Sequence record: MN850644.1
DNA from: Escherichia phage ekra
DNA length: 64,000 bases
Strand: one strand, 5' to 3'
Positions 36,280 through 46,097 of the stretch are shown piece after piece. The first letter of the stretch is position 1. Every line of letters starts with the position of its first letter. Made by a program: the position numbers and the translations under genes. The notes below the pieces were generated by a model that saw nothing but the letters and a program-made list of their open reading frames with translations, made no database searches and had not been told where the DNA came from.

Positions 36280-37080
36280 TTAGTGCAGTTGCTCAGCAGA
36301 CTCTTTTTCAGCCATAGCTGAGATTTGCTTCACAAAATCATCACCGAAGTTAATGCGTAGTTTTTCTTCAATGATTGAAGCACCAATGTTCACCAAAACA
36401 TCATTGATGGCTTGCATACTAACGCCACCAGTCATCTCCTCAATGAACTCAATACTTACACCCATCATCTGTGAAAGTTGGATTAGTGCAACGATATTCA
36501 TCATCGTAGAGATAGCTGGAATCATCAGTGCAACTTTCACCTGAAGTGGTTCTATATCAGCTACAGAGTCATTTTCAACAGCTTCTTCCAAAGAATCTTT
36601 GGTTTGCTGGATAATTTCTTGGATTCGTGGGTTTAGTTCTTCTACCCCCCAATCAAGTTTTTCATATCGTGACAGCTTCTCTTCCATTCGCTTCTCAAGA
36701 GCAGCCATAACAGCACTTGTTGATGAAATTATCATGGAAATTAACTCATTATTACCTAATGACAGTAATAAGTCCTTTTCTTCAGAGTTAAGGGAGATAT
36801 AGTCATTTTTCTGCATCTCCTTAAAAATGAACTCTGCAAGAGCATCAACACCTACGACTATAGATGCTAAAGCAAGTGTAGTGTCTGTCAACATCATGTT
36901 AACCTGTTCTGCAAAAGCACCGTTATCAGACTTGTCTTCAGGCAAGTTATAGCTTGAAGGCATAAACTGTTCTGTGTAGTTGTTCCCACGAAGAATCATA
37001 GCCATGCTTTCTACGGCATTGATTAAAAATGCTTCGTCAATACCTTTTTCTTCAAGCATCTTTTCTACATCGATATTCAT
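36280..37080 (-). CDS. hypothetical acidic protein (266 aa)
   Basis: ORF. Confidence 0.5.
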   Translation of the reverse strand: MNIDVEKMLEEKGIDEAFLINAVESMAMILRGNNYTEQFMPSSYNLPEDKSDNGAFAEQVNMMLTDTTLALASIVVGVDALAEFIFKEMQKNDYISLNSEEKDLLLSLGNNELISMIISSTSAVMAALEKRMEEKLSRYEKLDWGVEELNPRIQEIIQQTKDSLEEAVENDSVADIEPLQVKVALMIPAISTMMNIVALIQLSQMMGVSIEFIEEMTGGVSMQAINDVLVNIGASIIEEKLRINFGDDFVKQISAMAEKESAEQLH

Positions 37081-37081
37081 A

Positions 37082-37504
37082 TTATTTCTCTCTCAGTTGG
37101 TTAAGTTTCTTTCTAGAACATTTTAAGTTTTCGGATGAAGAAAAGTCAAGTGTCTTTTCAGAACGTGGATAATAGTGCCTATCCCAAGAAGTTTCAACAT
37201 CGTTAATCAGTGACGCTAGATTACACAGGTCTGTACCACTTTGCAACCTCTTTTTAAGAGAATCTAGTAAAGCAACTGTGTCTTTAGCTTTACGTCTCGC
37301 TGTAGCAACATCTTTCATATGCTCAAACACAGAGCATTTTAAGTCATCTTCATAGTTTTCAGATAACTCTATTTCGTGTTGTATATCAACCATTCTCCTG
37401 TGATGGTGAGCATATTCCCGTTGAGCAGCAATGTCAAGTTCTTCCAACTTCTGCAAAGCTCTAACAAAGTCAGCTATGTCTGGGTGAACAAACATTTTCT
37501 GCAT
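37082..37504 (-). CDS. hypothetical protein (140 aa)
   Basis: ORF; first gene of the minus-strand block. Confidence 0.5.
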   Translation of the reverse strand: MQKMFVHPDIADFVRALQKLEELDIAAQREYAHHHRRMVDIQHEIELSENYEDDLKCSVFEHMKDVATARRKAKDTVALLDSLKKRLQSGTDLCNLASLINDVETSWDRHYYPRSEKTLDFSSSENLKCSRKKLNQLREK

Positions 37505-37761
37505 GTAAGCCTCTTTTAAGTAACTATTTAGTTTTAATCTTTTATCTTAACGTATTCTATACGTTATACTTTAAAGCTTTTTAAAAGCTATTAAATAATC
37601 TTTTAAGAGTTTTAAAGTATCTGTATAGTTAAACTGTTAAGTAACCTTTTAAGTAAAAACCCACTTCGCAAAGATTAACACCTTGTCAAGTGCATTGTCA
37701 ACTTGCTTTTTATAATTTTTTGCAGTAATGTATGAGGTTAATGATTTTAGAGGGAGTAAAA
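37505..37761. promoter_or_regulatory. Divergent intergenic region at the strand switch; AT-rich, contains duplicated TTGTCAA and TATAAT-like hexamers
   Basis: No ORF; ccttgtcaagtgcattgtcaacttgctttttataatt; genes diverge from here on both strands. Confidence 0.45.
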
Positions 37762-40461
37762 ATGGAAAACGTAGATTTTAAAAACTTACATTTAGTTGGT
37801 GATACAGAAACTGATGGTTTACTCCTTGAGTTCACTAAAGTGCACGTAATGGCTTTCGCAGACTATAAATCTGACGATGAAGAGCCACCTGTATGGGTCT
37901 TTACAGATGAGCCTATCCTCGGTCACAAGTACACTAAGTACATCAAGGGCGGCTTACGTGAAGGTGTTGAATTTGCGTTAAAGGCAAAACGTCTTTGCAT
38001 CCATAATGGTCTCGGCTATGACTGGTGGGTTTTCAATCACATTGCGCCTGATTTATGGAACTTTGATAATCCAAAATGTAAGCCGTGGAGTAATTTCTTT
38101 CAGGATTCTCTTATCCAGTCTCGTGTTCAGTGGATGGATAGGCCAACCCCAAAGGGTTATAAAGGTGCTCATGGTTTGGCTGCATGGGGTGCTCGTGTTG
38201 GTGTCCGTAAACCAGAGATTGAACATTGGGGTGTGTGGAATGCAGAAATCTTCACTCGTGTTGTAGAAGATATCCGTATTAACGCCAAAACTAAACGGGC
38301 ACTTGATAATGAGTATCTCAAGCTTAAGAAGTGTGGCATAGATACTTATGAAACCTATATGCGAGCTAAAGAAACATCTTTCTGGATGAGTCAACAAGCT
38401 ATCAATGGTTGGAAAGCTGATAAGGAGCTTATGGAGTTCCATGTAAAGGAACTTGACAAGTTGACTAATGAGCTTGCTTCAGAGGTTGAACCACATCTTC
38501 CTCCAACTATTAAGACCAAAGGTAAAGTGACTGGAGAAGAGTTTGCAAAAGCTTGGAATGAGTATGTTGAAACATTTGGTCATGCAGATGGACTGAAGAG
38601 GATTACCAAGTACCCTAAGACAAAGTATCGTCAGCAGGTACGTAATGGTGAGATGCAGACATATGAAATCAAGCCATTTGGTAAGCCAACTACAAAGATT
38701 TTTAACATTGAAAAGAGAAATTGCTATACACCAACCAACTCTGTAACTGGTGAAGAGTACAAGGAGGGTTTTGTAGCAATGAAGGATGCTCGTGAAATTT
38801 GCAATGAGTTGAATGCAAAGATTGGTAAGAAATGCAAAGACTGGAAGCCAGTAAAAACAGTCAAAACTGTGAAGTACTATAACAGTCACGTTGTTAACCA
38901 CTTTGAACTTGAGTCAAGTCGCTACACAGGTTTGATTGATGCACCGTATACACCAATTGAGTTTGAAGTTTCTCGTATGACTCAGGTAGCAGTTGTTAAA
39001 GACTACTTGAAATCAGTTGGTTGGATTCCAGATGACTGGAACTACAAGAAAGACTCAGATGGTCGCCCTGTCAAAGTTTGTCGTTTCAAAGACAATAAAA
39101 AGATGATTACAAAACATCCTAAGTGGCAGGAAATGGTTGAGCGGTGTGGTTTGAGCTATGTTGAGCACGAAGGTGTACAGTATATTGAGCATAACTGGTC
39201 TGTGAAGAAGTACACAGATTTGCTTGAGCCTTGCTTAATCCGTACTTCACCAAAACTTACTGAATCATCTTATGATACGATTGAAGGTGAGCTTGGACAG
39301 AAGATTGCGAAATACTACACTTTGATGCACAGACGCAGAACTATTGAGAACTCAAAGGATGATGAAAAAGGTTGGTTGAACCAGATTCGTCCTGATGGTC
39401 GCCTTAGTGCTGGTGCAATGGTGTTTGGTACTTCAACTGGACGTATGACACAATATGGTATTGTAAACGTACCGTCTGGTGCTGCTGTCTATGGGGAACC
39501 AATGAGGGCAGTGTGGATTTGTGAGGAAGGGACTAACGTTGTCTCTGTAGACATGAACTCAGCCCAGCTAGTTCTTCTTTGTAACTTTATGGGTGACAAA
39601 GACTTCACCAAAGCGGTAACGCAAGGTAAAGAAGAGATTGAGTTCATTCGTCAAGAAGATGGACGCTATTACTGCAAACATTTTGATGAGTATCTCAACC
39701 CAGAAATTGATAAGTACCTTCGCTATGACTCTGAGAATGACCTGTACGTTGTCTATTCAGGGACTGATGCACATACACTGAACAGTATTTACTTTAGCTT
39801 GAATGATGAGCAGGATATCTTGACTTGTCGAGCTACTCAGGATGAGAATCTTCTTCATGAGATTAGCAAAGGTCGTAAGAAAGCTAAGAATGGTATCTAT
39901 GCACTGCTGTTCGGTGCAGGTGATGAGAAGTTTGCTAAGACGATTAAAGCTGCAACTACTCAGGAAGGAGCACTGACTAAACAGACTTACTTTATTCGTT
40001 TGCCTAAAATTAAGAAGCTGCTAGATGACTTGGAAGCTGACTACAAAGCAACTAAAAAGGCACTTGAAGAGGTGTTTGGTAAGACTGCTGCAATCTCTAA
40101 AGGGGGTTTTGTAAAGGTTGCTGGAGCTTGGTTGTGGTGTAAATCTCCACATAAGTTATTGAATTATTTGCTCATGGGTTCAGAGGCTCAGATTCAAAAT
40201 GAGGCGATTAACCTTGCTTGTAGAAGAGCATGTGAAGAAGGGTTGACAAAATTAAATGGACGAAAACCAGCAATTGGTGCTAGGCTTTTGCTGGCATACC
40301 ACGATGAAAACAGTTGGGAGTGCCCAGAAAGTATGACTCAAGAAGTTAAAGCCATAACTGACTGGATGTATGGTCAGGCATCTAAGAATTTAGGTTTGAA
40401 GAGTGAGACGCTTGTAACTGGCACAGGTAAGGTTGGTAAGAGCTGGTTGGAAGTGCATTGA
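37762..40461 (+). CDS. DNA polymerase, family A (T7/Pol I-like)
   Basis: Motif A-like SVDMNSAQL, motif B-like KAKNGIYALLFGAG, motif C LLAYHDE; start placed at ATG with GGGAG RBS (MENVDF). Confidence 0.85.
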   Translation: MENVDFKNLHLVGDTETDGLLLEFTKVHVMAFADYKSDDEEPPVWVFTDEPILGHKYTKYIKGGLREGVEFALKAKRLCIHNGLGYDWWVFNHIAPDLWNFDNPKCKPWSNFFQDSLIQSRVQWMDRPTPKGYKGAHGLAAWGARVGVRKPEIEHWGVWNAEIFTRVVEDIRINAKTKRALDNEYLKLKKCGIDTYETYMRAKETSFWMSQQAINGWKADKELMEFHVKELDKLTNELASEVEPHLPPTIKTKGKVTGEEFAKAWNEYVETFGHADGLKRITKYPKTKYRQQVRNGEMQTYEIKPFGKPTTKIFNIEKRNCYTPTNSVTGEEYKEGFVAMKDAREICNELNAKIGKKCKDWKPVKTVKTVKYYNSHVVNHFELESSRYTGLIDAPYTPIEFEVSRMTQVAVVKDYLKSVGWIPDDWNYKKDSDGRPVKVCRFKDNKKMITKHPKWQEMVERCGLSYVEHEGVQYIEHNWSVKKYTDLLEPCLIRTSPKLTESSYDTIEGELGQKIAKYYTLMHRRRTIENSKDDEKGWLNQIRPDGRLSAGAMVFGTSTGRMTQYGIVNVPSGAAVYGEPMRAVWICEEGTNVVSVDMNSAQLVLLCNFMGDKDFTKAVTQGKEEIEFIRQEDGRYYCKHFDEYLNPEIDKYLRYDSENDLYVVYSGTDAHTLNSIYFSLNDEQDILTCRATQDENLLHEISKGRKKAKNGIYALLFGAGDEKFAKTIKAATTQEGALTKQTYFIRLPKIKKLLDDLEADYKATKKALEEVFGKTAAISKGGFVKVAGAWLWCKSPHKLLNYLLMGSEAQIQNEAINLACRRACEEGLTKLNGRKPAIGARLLLAYHDENSWECPESMTQEVKAITDWMYGQASKNLGLKSETLVTGTGKVGKSWLEVH

Positions 40462-40471
40462 TGGTGTTGAA

Positions 40472-40984
40472 ATGATTACAGAAATTCGTCTTAAGGAGCT
40501 ATTGGACTACGACCCCGAAACAGGGGTCTTTACTTGGAAGTTTAGAGAAGGTAATGCAAACTTTAACTCTAGATTTGGAGGTAAGAGGGCTGGAAACTAC
40601 AGAACAAATACTGATGGACACAAGTCAGTTCAGTTGCTGATTGATGGAAGGGGTTACCAAGCAAATCGTTTAGTTATCTTGTATATGGATGGATATCTAC
40701 CTGATAAAACCTTACAGGTTGACCATAAGAATGGGGACGGTTGGGACAATAGGTACTTGAATTTAAGGGTTTGTACAGCTTCACAAAACTCTTGCAATCG
40801 GTCAAGAGAGTCCCCATCTGGGTTGCCAAAAGGTGTACAGAAGATAAGTAAAAGGTTTCGAGCAATGATACGTTTACAAGGTAAAAACTATCATCTTGGT
40901 ATGTTTGACACACCAGAAGAAGCCCATAAAGCTTACTGTGAAGCTGCTATTAAACTCCACGGAGAGTTTGCAAAACTATCTTGA
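40472..40984 (+). CDS. HNH homing endonuclease with AP2 domain (paralog 3), abutting the polymerase gene
   Basis: DYDPETGVFTW, HKSVQLLIDGRGYQANRLV, VDHKNGDGWDNRYLNLRV; probable start at MITEIRLKE. Confidence 0.75.
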   Translation: MITEIRLKELLDYDPETGVFTWKFREGNANFNSRFGGKRAGNYRTNTDGHKSVQLLIDGRGYQANRLVILYMDGYLPDKTLQVDHKNGDGWDNRYLNLRVCTASQNSCNRSRESPSGLPKGVQKISKRFRAMIRLQGKNYHLGMFDTPEEAHKAYCEAAIKLHGEFAKLS

Positions 40985-41035
40985 CAAGGTGCTCAGGGAA
41001 GAGTACCTTATACAATATCTTGTATAGGAGGACTT

Positions 41036-41245
41036 ATGAGCCATCGTGGAAGAACCCATGCAGCGATGATGAAAGGCGCTTCAAAGGAAACTATCAAGAA
41101 CCGTAAGCAGAAGTTGTTTGAGAGAATGAACAGGTTAATTGACAATTCATCTCTTTCAGGTTCTGAGAAGGTTTTCTTGAAAGGTAATCTGAAAAGCATT
41201 GCACAAGAACTTATTGACATTGAGTATTGGAGACATCAAAAATGA
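41036..41245 (+). CDS. hypothetical protein (69 aa)
   Basis: ORF. Confidence 0.4.
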   Translation: MSHRGRTHAAMMKGASKETIKNRKQKLFERMNRLIDNSSLSGSEKVFLKGNLKSIAQELIDIEYWRHQK

Positions 41246-41454
41246 CACTTGCAGACGTTATCCAACAACTTCATGATAACTGCTATACTCCAGAGTTGAT
41301 TCAGGAGATGCTTATTGTAGTGATGCCTAGTAAGTTCGTAAAAGGTTTTAATAATGACTCTTTAAGGTCTGCGCATATCCTTATTGTTGATGGTAAGATT
41401 GCAAGGGACCGTACTGGAGTCCTTAAGGGCGAACGTATTAATATTAACCTCTGA
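41227..41454 (+). CDS. hypothetical protein (75 aa)
   Basis: ORF. Confidence 0.4.
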   Translation: METSKMTLADVIQQLHDNCYTPELIQEMLIVVMPSKFVKGFNNDSLRSAHILIVDGKIARDRTGVLKGERININL

Positions 41455-41641
41455 ATATTGGAGATACCGAAAATGAAACGCAAAGTTAAGTTTTTTAATT
41501 TATATGGAAGAGTTGGTAAAGGTTTTGACTGGCAACTGTTACGCTCAAATGTTAAAAGCAATGAATTAGCACCACTTATCATTCATTATCGACGTACATA
41601 CAGAGAAGTAGAGCATCGTGAACAGTAAACAGGGGTGTATT

Positions 41642-41878
41642 ATGTGGAAATCAGTAATTGCGCTTGGTGTTATTTTTCTATCTGGCTGCAACCCTTCTTA
41701 TGAAGATAAAAATGCTTCTTACAGCCTCCCACCAGAGATGCAAGATTGCAGAGTATACAAGTTACATGGTGATGCTATAAGCAGAGATATTGTTGTTGTC
41801 AGATGTCCAAACTCCCAAACAACAACATCTTATAGCTATGGCAAAAATGGTCAATCACACACTACGGTTATTGAGTGA
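41642..41878 (+). CDS. Small lipoprotein candidate
   Basis: MWKSVIALGVIFLSGC: signal peptide with lipobox LSGC. Confidence 0.45.
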   Translation: MWKSVIALGVIFLSGCNPSYEDKNASYSLPPEMQDCRVYKLHGDAISRDIVVVRCPNSQTTTSYSYGKNGQSHTTVIE

Positions 41879-41888
41879 GGGTTTCACG

Positions 41889-42095
41889 ATGGAAGTCCTA
41901 GTAAACTATATCTATTGTTATGATGTTGTTCACTCTACTACAACGGTAGCTCAACGTAACCCAATCGTCCCACGAGAAGGTGAGTTGGTTCGCATTGATG
42001 GTTGGACTTACACTGTGGAAAGCATCATTCATAAGTTTGATGTTGCTGGTGATGTTCAAGTTATTGACGTAGAAATTGGTGGCAAGAGGAAATGA
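41889..42095 (+). CDS. hypothetical protein (about 69 aa)
   Basis: ORF starting MEVLVNYIY. Confidence 0.35.
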   Translation: MEVLVNYIYCYDVVHSTTTVAQRNPIVPREGELVRIDGWTYTVESIIHKFDVAGDVQVIDVEIGGKRK

Positions 42096-42283
42096 ACAAA
42101 GAAGATAAGCATAAAAATGCTGTACGGACTCCTGATGGAAAGATTCAGTCCTTCGTCCTGACAGTTGGTGGAAAGCCATTTCGTTGCCACTGCGGAGCAA
42201 ACTGTTTTCATAAACCAGATAAAAATGACTTAGAGCTTTACGCATGTAATGCTTGCAATACTTGGTATCACTCAGAGGAATAA
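42092..42283 (+). CDS. Small zinc-ribbon protein
   Basis: CHCGANC ... CNACN cysteine pairs. Confidence 0.4.
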   Translation: MNKEDKHKNAVRTPDGKIQSFVLTVGGKPFRCHCGANCFHKPDKNDLELYACNACNTWYHSEE

Positions 42284-42285
42284 AA

Positions 42286-43389
42286 ATGACAATCCTATAC
42301 AAACAAAATAAAGATGGCTCTTTCAACGTCTGGTCATGCGTTGCTGTAGGTGACAAAGTTATTACAACCTATGGTAAAGAAAATGGCAAGATGATGTTTG
42401 AAGAGTACACAGCAGAACCGAAAAACATCGGTAAAAAGAATGAGCGTAACGCTGAACAGCAAGCTCTCTTTGAAGTTGCTGCTAAGTATAAAAAGCAAGT
42501 TGACCGTAAAGGCTACGCTTACACAAAAGAGTCTGCAAAGAATACTGAGAAAGTAGGTGTACAACTTGCTCATGATGCTGCAAAGGTTAGTCATGCAAAG
42601 TATCTGAAGTTCCCTGCTGATGCTCAACCAAAACTTGATGGTGTACGTTGTAGAATTTCAAGACACTTAAGTATTGGCAGTGTATTTACAGCATATTCTC
42701 GTGAGAATACTGTTTACAAAATCCCTACTGAACTAATACCTGACATTATGGCAATGTTAAGGCTCCACAAAGATGTTGATGAATTTGATGGAGAGATTTA
42801 TGCTCATGGGTGGGACTTAGAAGATATTGTCTCCATGATTAAAAATGAAGACAATCCTGACAGACACTTACTTAAGTTCTACTGGTATGATATCTGTGAC
42901 AGTACTAAAACGTGGCCTGAGCGTAGAGATATTATTGAGACTTCACCATTGAATGACTTTAGAGACGGCTGTAAAGTTGTCCCTGTTAAATCTCGTCGTG
43001 TAAATTCTTGGGAAGAGTTTGATGAAGCTCATGATAAGTGGGTTGAAGCTAAGTTTGAAGGTGCAATGTACCGTTCAATCTCTGAAGAATCTTTCTACGA
43101 GTGTTGTCACCGTTCATACTTCTTGATTAAGCACAAGAAGATGCACACTGAAGAGTTTAAAGTGACTGGTGTAAAGACCGATAAACGTGGTCATGGTAAG
43201 TTCGTTGTAGAGACTCTTCCTAACGTCTTTGTAGATGTTTCATGGAAGACTACTCACGAGAAGAAACAGTATCTTGCTGAACACCCTGAAGAGTTTATCG
43301 GGAAACCTTTAACGGTTCAGTTCCAGAAGATGACTCGTAAGGGGTCTTTACAGTTCCCTGTAGGGCTAGTTATTAGGGATTATGAATAA
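42286..43389 (+). CDS. ATP-dependent DNA ligase
   Basis: Adenylation motif I KLDGVRC; size about 367 aa as in T7-type ligases. Confidence 0.7.
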   Translation: MTILYKQNKDGSFNVWSCVAVGDKVITTYGKENGKMMFEEYTAEPKNIGKKNERNAEQQALFEVAAKYKKQVDRKGYAYTKESAKNTEKVGVQLAHDAAKVSHAKYLKFPADAQPKLDGVRCRISRHLSIGSVFTAYSRENTVYKIPTELIPDIMAMLRLHKDVDEFDGEIYAHGWDLEDIVSMIKNEDNPDRHLLKFYWYDICDSTKTWPERRDIIETSPLNDFRDGCKVVPVKSRRVNSWEEFDEAHDKWVEAKFEGAMYRSISEESFYECCHRSYFLIKHKKMHTEEFKVTGVKTDKRGHGKFVVETLPNVFVDVSWKTTHEKKQYLAEHPEEFIGKPLTVQFQKMTRKGSLQFPVGLVIRDYE

Positions 43390-43642
43390 ACTATGTTCAG
43401 TACAGTCATTCTGTTTATACTGGTTGTCTTTGTATTGTCATACGTTGCAAGTAAGCTTTTGGACACATCTTTTGCAATGGGTGTCTTGTTTACAATCTTT
43501 TGTTTCGTGACACATATAGCTATCAGAACTTTTTTATAAAAAGTTGTTGACATAGAAAATTTGGTGAGTATACTGAGCAGCATAAACCAACGGGTACTCA
43601 CCAACATCACTTAAGAGTCTTTGAAAAGGGTTTTTTAAGTGA

Positions 43643-43704
43643 TGTGGGGCGAGGCTCGGTGAGGTGGGGTAAGGCATAGTGCGGTGCTGTTTGGTATGGG
43701 TAGT
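43643..43704 (+). repeat. Tandem GGTNN pentamer array A1 (about 12 units) ending in GGTATGGGTAG
   Basis: 5-bp periodicity of GG read directly. Confidence 0.7.
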
Positions 43705-43773
43705 TAGTCTCAGCTACATTAAAATGAGACTTACCTTTTTAAAAGGTCTTTAAACAGGGTCTTTTAATAAGGT

Positions 43774-43866
43774 TGTGTGATGTGATGTATGGTGCTGTGG
43801 AGTTTGGTTAGGTCCGGTCAGGTATGGTATGGTGATGTGAGGTATGGGTGGATGGTAGTAGCCACG
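43774..43866 (+). repeat. Tandem GGTNN-type pentamer array A2
   Basis: 5-bp periodicity read directly. Confidence 0.6.
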
Positions 43867-43937
43867 TTAAAAATCTACCAAGTTTCTAAAGAGTCTTCTG
43901 TTGAGGGTTCTTTACAAACAACTTAACAATCAACTAA

Positions 43938-44543
<606 letters not shown>

Positions 44544-44545
44544 TT

Positions 44546-44986
44546 ATGAATACGAAAGCATTAGCAGCAAAGTTTAGTTACGGTGACACTGTATCACATT
44601 CTGAGATGGACACCTTCTTAGGTATTGTGAAGCCAACTTATCAAGGTGACATTGTTAAGTACGAAGATGAAATGAAGGCTTATGCGCTTACACGTCTAAA
44701 CCGACTTGAGAAGTTTATTGAGAAGCTTCTTAAAGAAGAGAAGATTTATCTGGTTGCTTCAATGGGTGTTGGTTATCGTGTGGTTGAACCTAAGCATCAA
44801 GCAACTATTGCAAAACGAAAAATGTCTGGTAAAATTGGTCGTGCTTTAAAGCAAGCCACTCAAGCGATTGAGAATGTGAACACTATGGCACTTAGCCATC
44901 AAGAACGCTCACGACTAATTGAACAGCAAAACCATTTAGCTGCTATGAAAGCTAACATTAACAAGCAACGTAGAAAACCTTTCTAA
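44546..44986 (+). CDS. hypothetical protein (146 aa), second gene of the repeat-flanked cassette
   Basis: ORF followed by terminator. Confidence 0.55.
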   Translation: MNTKALAAKFSYGDTVSHSEMDTFLGIVKPTYQGDIVKYEDEMKAYALTRLNRLEKFIEKLLKEEKIYLVASMGVGYRVVEPKHQATIAKRKMSGKIGRALKQATQAIENVNTMALSHQERSRLIEQQNHLAAMKANINKQRRKPF

Positions 44987-44996
44987 GTTAACTAGG

Positions 44997-45020
44997 TAGC
45001 CTCTTCGGAGGCTCCTTTTT
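44997..45020 (+). terminator. Intrinsic terminator (gcctc ttcg gaggc + TCCTTTTT)
   Basis: Read directly after the stop of 44546-44986. Confidence 0.6.
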
Positions 45021-45049
45021 AAAAGGTCTTTAAGAGGGTCTTTTAACAA

Positions 45050-45120
45050 GGTGCTGCGAGGTGGGGTCGGGTCAGGTACGGTCTTGTAAGGTCAGGTTAG
45101 GTAAAGTGAGGTATGGGTAG
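45050..45120 (+). repeat. Tandem GGTNN pentamer array B1
   Basis: ggtcg ggtca ggtac ggtct ... ggtat gggtag. Confidence 0.65.
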
Positions 45121-45186
45121 TTAATCGGAGCTACATAAAAATTCGATTACATCACTTAAGAGTCTTTTAAAAGGGTTTTTAAGTGA

Positions 45187-45251
45187 AGTATGGTATGGCA
45201 TGGCGCGGTGAGGTCGGGTGCGGTCAGGTCAGGTGAGGTTCGGTATGGGTA
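45187..45251 (+). repeat. Tandem GGTNN pentamer array B2 (12 near-perfect units)
   Basis: ggtat ggtat ggcat ggcgc ggtga ggtcg ggtgc ggtca ggtca ggtga ggttc ggtat gggtag. Confidence 0.75.
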
Positions 45252-45319
45252 GTTAGTCTCAGCTACATTAAAATGAGACTTACCTTTTTAAAAGGTCTTT
45301 AAGAGGGTCTTTTAATAAG

Positions 45320-45390
45320 GTATTGTATGGTGTAGTTTGGTTAGGTATGGTTGGGTGTGGTAAGGTAGGGTATGGAAGGATGGCAGTAGC
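45320..45390 (+). repeat. Tandem GGTNN-type pentamer array B3
   Basis: 5-bp periodicity read directly. Confidence 0.6.
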
Positions 45391-45499
45391 CTTATAAAAA
45401 ATCTGCCAAATAAGCTATAAAATCTGTTGACAAGTCAGGTGTTATAGCTTATTTTTATACTCAATGTAATACAAAATTTAATATAACTTTGAGGTCATT

Positions 45500-45883
45500 A
45501 TGAAAAAGGTTTTATTAGCTGCTGCAATGGTTATGGCAATGAATTTACCAGTTAATGCAACAGAACTTCCAAATGTGGACTTATCAGGTGTTCCAGAAGA
45601 CACTTGCCAGATTGTTAAAGGTGTTGCTCTAGCTAATGGTGAGCTACTTAAACCAATCTCTGAAGAGTCTTTGACAGAGATGACTGATAAAGTAACTGAC
45701 TATCAGTATCGTGTTCTTGCAGAGTATTTCCTGCAATCTGCAAACATTAAAGAGAAGCACCATGAAGATATTGATGTACAGGCTATGCTAAATCATCGTA
45801 TCCAGTTTAAAGAAGATTTGATGCAAAAAGCTATGTATGGTGTTGAATATTTCTTAGAAAACAGAAGCTGCACAGGTATTTGA
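45500..45883 (+). CDS. Secreted/periplasmic protein with signal peptide (127 aa)
   Basis: MKKVLLAAAMVMAMNLPVNATE; TTGACA-containing promoter-like sequence about 60 nt upstream. Confidence 0.5.
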   Translation: MKKVLLAAAMVMAMNLPVNATELPNVDLSGVPEDTCQIVKGVALANGELLKPISEESLTEMTDKVTDYQYRVLAEYFLQSANIKEKHHEDIDVQAMLNHRIQFKEDLMQKAMYGVEYFLENRSCTGI

Positions 45884-45884
45884 T

Positions 45885-46097
45885 ATGGCTCTTAAAAAGT
45901 TACATCCCAGAAGCGGTTATGGTAAGATAATTGACGATACAGACGGCTTTACAGTCTTTACAGTCATCTGTCAAGATGATTCACAGATTGAAAAGGCTCT
46001 TGACGATTATCTTAATGATGAACGTGAAAAGGTTAGGGCTACAAACATAGATTCATTAATTGACACTTCACGTAAACGGAAGAAGAAAGATGAATGA
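45885..46097 (+). CDS. hypothetical protein (70 aa)
   Basis: ORF. Confidence 0.4.
   Translation: MALKKLHPRSGYGKIIDDTDGFTVFTVICQDDSQIEKALDDYLNDEREKVRATNIDSLIDTSRKRKKKDE

Noticed and set aside
37670-37731. A precise sigma-70 promoter for the polymerase block
   Set aside because: TTGTCA and TATAAT-like hexamers are present but the spacings I count (about 10 or about 22 bp) do not fit a canonical 17-bp spacer, so I report only a regulatory region.
38006-38901. ORFs 38006-38266 (plus), 38053-38442 (minus) and 38479-38901 (minus) inside the DNA polymerase gene
   Set aside because: Alternative-frame or antisense ORFs within a long, motif-supported polymerase reading frame; hydrophobic low-complexity translations.
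43380-43610. Minus-strand ORF 43380-43610
   Set aside because: Antisense within the ligase 3-prime end and repeat region; a short plus-strand hydrophobic ORF (about 43394-43549, about 51 aa) is the more plausible product but is too short to call confidently.
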